From Vitrella brassicaformis CCMP3155 (lineage: Eukaryota; Protista; Chromerida), in contig CDMY01000265.1 of the NCBI GenBank assembly GCA_001179505.1, positions 62,001-126,000 on the forward strand: a stretch of DNA of 64,000 bases. Direction: 5' to 3'. Under the pieces are notes generated by a model. It saw only the letters and a list, made by a program, of their open reading frames with translations, was not told the DNA's origin and did not search any database. The translations under genes were made by a program, and so were the position numbers. This document shows, piece by piece, positions 13,653-24,103 of this stretch. The stretch's first letter is position 1; each line of letters opens with the position of its first letter.

Positions 13653-14792
13653 ATGGAGGAGTTTGCCACGGCTGGTACGTCAGCGATAGCGGCGATATGC
13701 ATCATGCACCCCGTGGATGTCGTCAAAACCCGATTGCAATTCAAAGGCGAGGCTGCACTCTCATCTGTGGCCGCTCTACGAACACCAGCAGCAGCGGCAG
13801 CGTCAGCTGTCGGCCGGCCAAGAGGGGTGGTGGGTCAGCTGGTGTCGATAGCGCGCTACGAAGGGGCAAGAGGGCTCTACAGAGGACTCGCGGCCGCATG
13901 CCTGCTGCAGGTCAGTGTCACTGGCACGAGGTTTGCCACCTATGGCATGGGGAAGCAGCTATTGGCTGACAGCTCGGACGGCGGCGGCTCAGACGCATCT
14001 CGGCCGTCGGCATCGTCGAGTTATCTTCGCAACACTGCACTGGGGCTGGTCGCGGGGGTCTGTGGCGCGATATGTGGGTGCCCTTTCTTCGCACTCAAGA
14101 CGAGCATGCAGGCGCAGTCAGACGTGGCGGCATTGCAAGCGGGTTTTCAGCATGGCTATACGAGCCTTCGGTCGGCCTTCGTCAGCATCTATCGTGAGTC
14201 CGGCGGCCTGAGGGGATACTTCCGGGGAGTGGATGCGTTCGTCTTGAGGTCGGTCGGTGGATGGTCAGGCAGGAAGCAAAGGGAAGGGCCACACCACACC
14301 ACACCCTTTCATCAGTTTCATGTCTGTGTCGTGTGTGCTGGCCATGCTATTGCTTGCAGAGTGGGCATGTGGTCGGCGGGTCAGCTGTCGACCTACGATG
14401 CGTTCAAGCACTCCCTCCTCTCTGCTGGCTTTGCCGACTCGACGCCCACTCACCTGATCGCCTCGGCTGCCACGAGTGTTGTGGCGTGTATGCTGATGAC
14501 CCCCTTCGATTTTGTGGCCGCCAGGATGATGAACCAGCCGTCGAATCCCGACGGGCGACCCATGTTCTACAAGAGCCTCCCAGACTGCTTCGTAAGAGCC
14601 CCCCAGATGCGCACGCGTGAGCGCATGTATGTGTGTCCGTGCGGATGTGCTCAGGCCAAATCGGTGCGGAACGAGGGCATCCTCAGCCTCTACAAGGGCG
14701 GACTGGCCAATGCTCTGAGGATGGGGCCATACAACATCCTCATTTTCGTCTTCTATGAGCAGCTGAAGATGCTGAAGGCGAGTTTTTCGTAG
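13653..14792 (+). CDS. OAC1: Mitochondrial carrier (SLC25), oxaloacetate/sulfate carrier OAC1 / SLC25A34-35-like
   Basis: Three carrier repeats: HPVDVVKTRLQ, CPFFALKTSMQ (the degenerate second signature typical of OAC1), TPFDFVAARMMNQ. Also GLYRGL, GYFRGV, LYKG and RMGPYNILIFVFYEQLK. Confidence 0.88.
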   Translation: MEEFATAGTSAIAAICIMHPVDVVKTRLQFKGEAALSSVAALRTPAAAAASAVGRPRGVVGQLVSIARYEGARGLYRGLAAACLLQVSVTGTRFATYGMGKQLLADSSDGGGSDASRPSASSSYLRNTALGLVAGVCGAICGCPFFALKTSMQAQSDVAALQAGFQHGYTSLRSAFVSIYRESGGLRGYFRGVDAFVLRSVGGWSGRKQREGPHHTTPFHQFHVCVVCAGHAIACRVGMWSAGQLSTYDAFKHSLLSAGFADSTPTHLIASAATSVVACMLMTPFDFVAARMMNQPSNPDGRPMFYKSLPDCFVRAPQMRTRERMYVCPCGCAQAKSVRNEGILSLYKGGLANALRMGPYNILIFVFYEQLKMLKASFS

Positions 14793-15154
14793 GGCAGCCT
14801 GCCAGCACCCCAATGCGCGGAGGGAGGGATGGGGTCGCAGACAATTTTGTTCATGTGCTGTCTACAAATGTAAGTGTGCATGAGACTTATCGCTCTCATG
14901 ACTATCATCAATTGTACGCTTGTCGCCGTCTTTTGCGCACATCCACTAGCGTTTATCCGTGGCCATGTATCAGCAATACCGCTGTCGCATCATTCAGAAA
15001 AGCAACTCGCACCGGCACACAGAAGGGATTGACGCATACGGAAAAGCAAAGGGATGTGCCACTTGGCCATGCAGCTGCCAGACGAAACAAACAAATCGGA
15101 AGCAGGCACTCCATCCCGACGTCGACTTGTGCGTGTGTGCACGCAGCAACGTTG

Positions 15155-16446
15155 TCACAGCTGTGTCGAGGGCAGGGAGGGCAGGCAACACTTGCCCTTG
15201 TGTCTGAGTTGCTTCACCGCCTTCCGGAATGATGCAAGTCGCTTTTCCTGGTCAAACTCCCACTCGAGTCTCGTCTGCCATGAGCACAGGCAGCAGACGA
15301 AGCAGGCAGGCAGGCAGACAGGCACAAGAGACAAAACGAGGATAAGGTGACGCCGTGATTTCAGGGTGCACTGCACGTACTGTACTCACCACGGGGGTCT
15401 CCACGCACTCGAGGGCCGAACTGCCGCAGTCACCTTTGTCGATGTTGCACTCTGCAGCCATGCAACACCCGCGCATAGATGCACATATGACCACCGCAGC
15501 CGTGTCTCTCACCTTTGCCCAGGTTGTCTGTAATTCGCTTGAGCCTCTTCTTCTTCTTCTCTTCGGCCTTCCTCCGCGCCTTGTCGCCTTCGATCTCGTC
15601 CAGGTCAATCTCGTCCAGTTTTTCAATGAAGGTGTAGCAGTCGGGCAGCTCAAGATCCTCGCTCACACGCACATTAAAAAGGCCACTAAAGCCCTTGCTC
15701 GTCGCGATAATGTCGGCGGCCTCCTTGCTGTTCAACACTTCCTCGTGCTCCTCGTTTTGTGCCTCCAATTGCTCCGTGAGGCCTGCGAGGTATTCATCTT
15801 CAATGTGCTTCTTTGCCGCTTCCAGCCTCGCTTTCTGCAGAGACACACAAAAACAGTACCGGTAAGAGAAGGGGGAAGGCGTTGCAATGCATCCACGGTC
15901 ACTTACGTAGGCCTCCATGTCGTCAAGTTCTTTCTTGAGTGTATCCTGCTCTGCCTTGACGCGTTGCTCAGACGCAGAGGTCTCGTCGTTGTGGAGGGCC
16001 AGTGCCATCGCTGCTTGAGCCACGCTGTCCTGCGCTTGCTTCTGCATCTGGTTCACGTGGCTCTCGACAAGCGCAGGATCGACCTGCATTCAATGATTGA
16101 TTGACCAGTCATGTGCAAATGCACCTTAGCTGTTTGTTCCTTGATTACATGCTCGAAGGGAAGGGGAGACGCCGGATAGACCTCGATGTTTCGCAGTCGT
16201 TTTTGGTGCGGGATGGCGTTCTCGAGCAGCCATTGTTTGTCCCGCAGATCAGCGGCTCGCTGCCAGGCCATCCACCAGTGACAAAATGCTGATTCCAGTG
16301 TATTTTCTGACCTTGAGGTTCTCTTTTTCATGGTGGGACAGTTCGTGTTTGAGTTCCTGGATCTTGAATGCTGCCTTGGATGTCCGTTTCTGGATCCGAA
16401 GCATTACACGCTTTGCCTTCTTCTGCTCGGCATCCAGCCGCTGCAT
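15155..16446 (-). CDS. Hypothetical coiled-coil protein (multi-exon; ends uncertain)
   Basis: E/K/Q/A-rich heptad exons (MQRLDAEQKKAKR..., VNQMQKQAQDSVAQAAMAL..., KARLEAAKKHIEDEYLAGLTEQLEAQNEE) with GT-AG boundaries. No family recognised. Confidence 0.5.
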
Positions 16447-17212
16447 ATTTATCACCCAAACATCAGAGAGGTTCGTGGTAAGATGAGGGAATGAAGGCAC
16501 AGTGCATTCATTCACGCGGCGCGTGTTTTCCTACTTGCATGCTCGCTCGGAGGAGCCTTGATTGGGTGTCGAGGGACTGATGTGGCAGGCTCCAGGCTTC
16601 TCGTCGTTGCAGACGGTCTTTAGCCACTGGGGCGCATTGCAATCGCCCAAGGTGAGCCCCGCGTCGATGAAACCTGTAGACTCATAAAGAGAAAGAAACT
16701 TGGGAGCTGCATTTGCGCACCGGGCTGACCATGATGGTTGAGGGATTGATTTGCCAGCACAGCTCCTTCCACAGACGCGAAGAGGCCTCGGGTTGCTTGG
16801 AATAAGAGAAGAACCGCCCACAACCCGGAAGGCTTCATTATGAAATTGAGCGTTGCAGACTGGAGACGGGTTGTGGGGGCCGTTGCGCATGCGGCCAGAA
16901 CAGTCGGCCAGGCCAGAACAACCGCCAGAAATCACACGCTTGCAATTGCCACCCGATTTGTCCACAATTAGATAGTAGGTATGGAATACACACGTGATCA
17001 CTTGCTCTGAGCATCTACTTACAATTACCACATAATATACTACGTACAGTCTGACAGACTGTCCTCACTCGCTGTCTGTCTATCTATCCAGGCTGCCTTA
17101 CGTACGCACATGATGGATGCCCTACGATCGATCGATATCAACATACGTACACATAACATCACAAATAGGATGCATACGCATCATACGTATCACATATGCA
17201 TCGCATCACACG

Positions 17213-19746
17213 TCACCAGTCGGGCGGCTGGCCCAAGCAATTCAAGATTGGTAGCGGTCCTTCGCTCGAGTTGCGGCCACCCACCGCCTCGTCGCCTCCT
17301 GACGGCACCTTGCTGCTGCCCGCGTCGATGTCGCTCTCTCCCTCAGTGACAATGATGTTGATGGTTTCGTCGAAATACTGAGGCACGTGTGTGTCGCTCG
17401 CCTTGGGGCACTGTGCGTCATCAAATCGACCGACGCGACGGCTGCCAGACACCTGTCCGTACAAGCAGCAGCAGAGGCAAGGCATATGAACTTCTCTTCC
17501 CTCTCTCTGATGCGATGGCCCGACTCGCTTGCTTATTGCTTACATGGAATGATTTCTCTGACGAGTCCAGCTGGCTGTCCGCCAAATCGCCGTAGTTCGC
17601 GAGGCAGAAGAAGGTGGCGGATATGTCTCGCGGCGGCAGCTCACTGGAGAACAACTTGACATTGGCCAGCTCGAGGGCGGAAAGATCGCTATGGCGCCGG
17701 CCCAGGTGGAGCTTGGCATCACGCGGAAGCGACCCGCCGGCCTGAAGAGAAACACAAACAGCCGGCCTTTCAGAGGCACGTGTGGCACCAAGACGACCAT
17801 ACCATGAAGTTTATTTCTTGCACTTGTTCCGCATCCCGGTATGCCACCAGCCGCCCGTCGATCGCCCGCCACGACAATGCGAGATGCACCCACCCACTGT
17901 GCCGCCCGCCCCCCTCATCCGAGGAGCCAAAGGGCGAGAGGAAATCGTTCGCTGGACAGCATGAGTCTTCCCTCTCTCGGGATGTCTTGGCCTCCCAGAA
18001 GCGGGCGAACTGGACGTCATTGCCGTCAAGCGTCACCATGAGGTGAGGTCCCGTGGCCGCAATGCCGATCGACACCAGTGCCGGCTCGTCTGCCCGTGTG
18101 TAGCTGAGGTACTCGAGTCGATCGGGTGTGGGGTCGTGGCGTACCCACAAGGCGATTGTCATCTCGTGGAGGCGGGAGAAGGACGGATTGACTGCGGAGA
18201 GGGGGAGGGGACAGCTTCTGGGGGAGAAGGGATGGCTGAACGAGGGTGGTGGGGGTGGGGCATTGTTGTCTGTCATGGGATAGTACATGGGATCTCTCAC
18301 GGGCGTGCTGCCCTCCTGAGCCCACGCATCTCGCTCTCCCAGCGGCCCAAAGGAGAACCTCACGCCTATCACGCCAGAGATACATGAACACACTGCGCTG
18401 CCGCCTGTCTGTCATTACCATCGTTTGGTCGGTAGACTCGGAAGTAGTCGACTTTCAGGGTGCCGGGCAGGTTGCTCTCGCTCATGCAGTGAGTGATGTG
18501 CTCGGTGATGATGGCAGAGAGCCAGTAGTGCATCGGCATCAACTCCTGAATCTTCAGAGCAGACCAGTCCCCAGTGCCGACGACCTCGCCGTCCAAGAAC
18601 ACTCTCGATTGGATGGGGGTGTGCTCCAGCCCCCAGACGTGCCAGTCGTCCGTCAATCGCCAGCCTGGATGCAGCCGCCGTCCGGCCACGTACATGCGTG
18701 GGGGTGGCCACCACTTGATGTGGTTGTACTGGTAGCTGTTAACGCCGCTGTTGATCTCGAAGACGTCGATTTCCTGTCGTGGATGGTCGGTGTTGTTGCA
18801 CACTGCACACTTGGTCTTGTCGATGGAGTTGGCAGTGGCCGCCCAGAAAGACTGCCAGTCGAGAGACAAGTCATCGCAGGCAGACACACATAAATGAATG
18901 GCACGTTGGTCAGTTCCTGCGTGTGTGTGGTCAGGATGTTCACACGGTGATGCCGACCCGACGGCAATGTTTGCCCACTGGGTGTGCACACACTCACTTG
19001 CCAGAAGCCCGGATACGCCCACGACTTGATCCGCGCCTCGAAATAGCCGAAAGGAAGAGGCTCACGGGTGATCAAGCCGCCCTGAGTGCCGGAAACCAAC
19101 ACACGCACACTGTTGCACCTGCCCAGGACCAATTGGTCTCGTTGGTCCGCTCACCCCTGCGTATCGGACGAGCTTGTCCTTCATGTACCGTGGGTACTGC
19201 AGCCTGTCCATGTGCACCTGAAGCGCACCATCCCTGACCTCAACCTGACGACACAAACACCACGCAAAGGGAACAAATGCCTTGTGTATCCGCAACCGGC
19301 GTCCCTCGGAAGCCGACTGACTTGTGAGGCCATCTGGCAGCTGGGCGCGAAGTCAGGAGAACACTCGTCGCGATACATCCATCTGCAGTAAAGATTGCTC
19401 TTTCATCTGTGCCTGTACGTATGTCTGTCTGTCTGTCTGTCTGTCTGTGTCTGTGTGTGTGCGTGTTTTGGTGCTTGGCTTGACGTGGTCTCGTTGACTC
19501 GGGACGAGTCAAACTCGTCCGACCAAGAGAGGTTCTCATATCCCGCCGGCACATATGGAGAGTGACCCACGGGCTCAGCAGCCACGCCACCCCGGAACAC
19601 ACCTGCAGACAGACAGACAAACAAACACCCATCCCAAGCCTTTCCTGCTTCAGTGTCCTCCCACCTGACACGACGGCCACGAACACGGCAAGGCAGCCCA
19701 TCCGCCAGGCACTGCAGCACGACCGCCTCTTCCGCTTACGACGCAT
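17213..19746 (-). CDS. Glycoside hydrolase family 16 with C-terminal LamG/pentraxin-like domain and N-terminal hydrophobic leader
   Basis: Spliced exons give LSWSDEFD, VEVRDGALQV, FGYFEARIK, GFWQSFW, catalytic EIDVFE (18756-18773), WHVWGLEHTP, FLDG and LKVDYFRVY. These are followed by MTIALWVR, GWVHLALSW, GRLVAYRD and LHLG...LANVKLFSSELPPRDI (LamG-like). Confidence 0.86.
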
Positions 19747-19949
19747 TCGAGAACATTCGCTGTACCACCACACCAAACCGCGCGAAATCCGAAGACGTTG
19801 GAGAAACGGCGGGCCAAGTTTCACGCGATATACGCTCTAACCGCACCTTGGGACGGCTCCTTTCTGCTCCTCTTGACTCATTCATGCACTGGACGTGACG
19901 CTCCTGATACTTCTGTTGCCTGTTTTGATGTCGTAATTGTCGCCAGTAG

Positions 19950-21879
19950 ATGCGGTCGTGTGGCTATCAACCATTCCGCCGGCTGCAGCACTCCCCGGCC
20001 CACAGCATGACACTCTGCAGCGGTGCCCCGCCCACTCTTCTGCAGCTCAAGAACGGGCTCATCAGTCCTCATCGCAAAAGTCACAGCCACCAGAACGGCT
20101 TTGCAGCCAACGGCTTGGGTGTCTGCAACGAGCAGCAAAAGCGATATGTGCAGCGGAGTGGGGTCGGCAAGGGGAGGGGGAGGCCCACGAGTGGACAGCC
20201 TCACTATGGGGACAGTGCGAGAGCCGAGTTCCCAGAGGCCGACTCTGTGCATGTGATCTACGACAGCGAGAGTGTGCTGGTCGTCTCCAAGGTGAGAGAA
20301 GACAAGCAGGAGGGAGGGAGGCAGGGAGAGAGGGAGGCAGGCACACCGACCGACACATATCCATTCAGAGTTTGCTTGTCTGTGCTTATGTATGCAGCCG
20401 TGTGGCGTTCACCCGTCCCTCAATTTGGCCCCCTCCAGTCGGCGCTCCCCCGACACCAGCGACTCATCCCCCTCGCCCCTGCCCTCCACCGCCGACCCCA
20501 GCAGCCCCACAGAGCACGCCAGCTCGGACACATCCACGCGGGAGGAGAGCAGAAGGGCCTCGCCGCTCCGCCGCTCGAGAGCCAAGGTCCCCTCATCGAT
20601 GCTGCCCTGCGTGGGGCAGCTGCTGTGCCGATGGCACGGCAAGCTGGGGCTCGATGGCGAAGTCAAGGGTGGGGACCGGCTGCTGAATGTGGGCGAGCCG
20701 CTGGAGAGCGGGGTGTCGGGCATTTACGTTATAGCCAAGGGGAGGAGGTGAGAAAGAGGCGATGGGTGGGCGATTGGGCGATTTGCGTGATGCCAATATG
20801 GTGCTGTCTGTGGCTGTTTGCGCTCGTCAGGTCACAGATGGAGGTCGAGTACTTCTGGGCAACCCGTAGAATCAGTCGGGTGAGCTGGGCGTCTCGTGTC
20901 TTGTGCATCCATGGTCCGTGCAAGTGTAACACATGTGCCCGGTTGATTCAGATCTATCTGGCTCTGCTACATGGACATGCGCCTCTGACGTTTGTGCATT
21001 GCCGCACGCCCATCTGCAAGCCCACAGAGGGATGCGAGGAGGGGAGGGTCGCCAACACGCAGATTGAGGGAAAGGTGAGTGACAATGGCCTCGCTGTGTG
21101 TGTGAACGTGTACGTCTGTGATGCCTTCCTTATTCACTGTGCGTGCAGTTGGCGTCGAGCCTGATCCTTCCCTTGATCCACGGCGAGTATCTGGGCAGCC
21201 CCGTCACTCTCGCGGAGCTGAGGCCAATCACTGGTACCCAAACGAACAAAAGAAGGAAACTTCTCTGTGGATGAGTGCGTGTTGTTTGTGTTATCCTCTC
21301 TGTCAGACCGTCGGCATCAGCTGCGGCTCCACACGATGGTCATCGGACACCCAATCGGTGAGACGAAACACCCACAGCAGCATGTCCGCTGGTTGCTCTT
21401 CCCACTTGTGTGTGGTCCGGTGTTCAGTTGGCGATCGTCTGTATCTGAAGGACAGGCGTATCGAAGGTAGGTACAGCAATCCCCCTGGCTGCCCACGGCT
21501 GATGCTCCACTCGTGGCGGCTGCGTCTCCACCTGCCGCCCTCCCCGTCCCCCTCCCTCTCACACACCGACCTCCTGTCGGATCACCCCATCGACCTCATC
21601 TCACCTGACCCCCTCTCGCCCTTCATCGGCATGCCCATCCGCCAGTCGGCCGACTGCCAGTTGCTTGCATACCATGACCCGGATGGGTGGTTCCCATTCT
21701 ATGAGCAGCCTGAGGGTCTGCTGATGGACGGCGACACGGGGGAACGGGGCGGGGAGGTCGGTGAGGGCGGGTGGTGGAGGCGGTACGTGCCGCGACAGGA
21801 GGGGGTGCACGAAAGGGATCTAAGGTATTCCGATCATCACACTATGTTCGATCATATCGAGAAGAGATCATACAGATAG
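19950..21879 (+). CDS. RluA-family pseudouridine synthase-like protein with degenerate catalytic motif; possibly mitochondrial
   Basis: VIYDSESVLVVSKPCGVHP (motif I), GEPLESGVSGIYVIAK (motif II position), [39 protein letters not shown] and RLMLHSWRL (motif III). The N-terminus is R/S-rich and poor in acidic residues. Confidence 0.82.
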
Positions 21880-23343
21880 ATCGGATAGGCTTTTTTTTCG
21901 CACGTCCTTCGCTCCACATACACTTGCAATGGATGTAGCTCTACGGGGGGCGACACACTCTTGCATGGCATGTCTGTTGGATGTGCTGCATGGCGTAGAA
22001 GAGCAAGGTTTGTCCTTGCCAGCGGCAAATGGACAGTCATGTACGTGTGAGCATCGGGTTGTCACTTTTTGCCATTCCGCGGCATGGATGTTTTACAGCC
22101 TTACATGTGTGTGTGCGTGTGTGTGCATTGACACACACATCCTAGCGCTCATGGAGAGACCGGATGGCGGGAGGTAAGGGGTGTGTCAAAATGACAGGGC
22201 TCTGCTGCTCAAGTTTTGTGCATGCATGCAAAGCGATCGATCGCCCCCGGTGAGAAGCAAAGCGGCTCCTCCGTGCATTTTGGCCATTGTTGCAACACTC
22301 AACAGCACCTTCCTTGCTCCACAACTCCACCCGACTCTGTCTGCTGTGTAATGAGCATGGCGTCGAGGCCCGAGGAAGGGTTCTCTCGCCGTCTCCGGGC
22401 ATCCATTCGCATGGGAAGCGGCCGCATTGTGTCGAACATCCGTGCTGACGAGGGTGCTGTGCGCGTGCCGCCTGCTGTGGTCGCTGCGGATCCCGTGGCC
22501 GCAGTGCAGCGGACTCCCGACACCAACACTGAGAGGTCGCGGCGCGAAAGAAATTCTGCATGGCATGAGCTCGAGCGTCACAGCCTTTCTCATTTGTCTC
22601 TGCAGGGCTTCGCAAGGGGACAGGACCGCGCGTCAGCAGGTAGACAACCAGCCGGAAGAGGAGCCGAAGACGAAGAAAGAGGAATAGACGCGATGATGAG
22701 TACAACAGGTCAGCACAACCGGCAGACAATTCTATGCGTGCCTATCTTGTGTCTGTATATGGGATGTGATACGCAGGGAGTGACTGACTGGCGTGTTTTG
22801 TAGTGAGTGAGTGGCACCCTTCGTGCATGGTGAGTGCTGGCGGCTGACGGTCCGGCGTTTATCTTTTGAGATAGACGAGTACAGGAGACGAATGTCGGAG
22901 AGAGAGAGAGATACGAGACAGAGAGGGTGACAGGCTGAGGGCACCAGAGACCAAACCATGAATGCATGCCATGCCGGTCGTTTCGTGTCGCACATTATAC
23001 ATAATTGAGTGACAGCAAAGAAAAGGAAAGAGAAGAAAAGAGCGAGACACTAATGGGTCAGAACAGAAGCTCACGAAATTCAATCAACAGGTGAAACCGG
23101 CCAAGGAAATAAAAGCGTAGGCAACCATAGAGACACACAAGGATCGTATTCAGTAAGTACATCTCCTGTTCCCTTGCTGAATAGCCAGAGTATCATCATC
23201 ACCATTTCTACGGCAGCTCAGAAGCACTCATATTCCCTGATGATGTCAGAAACAAGGAGAGAAGACAGACAAATTGCCCTGCATGTCTCGAACCATTTGT
23301 CCAGCACCCTCGGGCGTGTTTCAGGCTCTCGGTGGCCGTCTCA

Positions 23344-24103
23344 TTAGTGTGTTCTCCTTGGGTCCTCCCCCATGCTCCTCCTACCTGCGTCTCGGTTTGC
23401 TCCGCGGACGTATGGGAGACAATCACATACCATTACCGGAAACAAAGCAGGAATGCATCTACAGCGACACCCATACCAAGCAGAGCTGCCGTCTTTCAGC
23501 GACCTCTCGGTGCAAGCGACTGCATGTGGGGTTGGCCGAATGGACTCTTGCGCGGCTACATCCGGTCCGGGAGGTCCGCCTCTCGCTGATCGTAATGAGC
23601 AGGCCCCGCAGTCATCCCGTCGCCGGCAGCAGGTACAGAACTGGCAGTGCCGTGAAGAACTGGACAGCACCTTCCCTTGACGAACCCACACGCCCAGAAG
23701 CCAAAGATGTTGGACGTACGCAACCTCCGATGCGGAAAGAGGCCCTCAGACGAGGCCGGTGCCTGTCCTTCTCCTCGGCACCGGTCCATTTGTAGCTGTG
23801 TGTGTGACAGTCGACATGATGTACCTGACACACCAGAGAAGAAGAGGACCGTCACGGGTCACTGCTGCAGCAAAAGGAAACGCGCAGGCAGCCCCCTGAT
23901 GATTGCAAATGAGGAGTGATTACCTCCGTGCTCAATGCACTGAGGACGTGAGGCTTTCCCTGCGAATTGGCGGGAGAAGGAAAGTATTCCCGTCTCGGCG
24001 GTTCACTGGGGGCGGCCCCCAGTCCGTGCGTCTTTTGTTTGGCAGCCTGAGCACTCCGCAGTTGCTTGAGTAGTGATCCTCCAATGAGATCATCCTCCCC
24101 CAT
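23344..24103 (-). CDS. Hypothetical protein, tentative; may continue to about 22150
   Basis: A first exon MGEDDLIGGSLLKQLR...LSTE is followed by a GTAATC donor, with plausible downstream exons. The reading frame is not securely reconstructed. Confidence 0.3.

Noticed and set aside
22142-22803. Overlapping 135-195 aa ORFs on both strands
   Set aside because: They have no recognisable motifs and I could not build a consistent exon chain. They may be 3' exons of the tentative 24103 gene.
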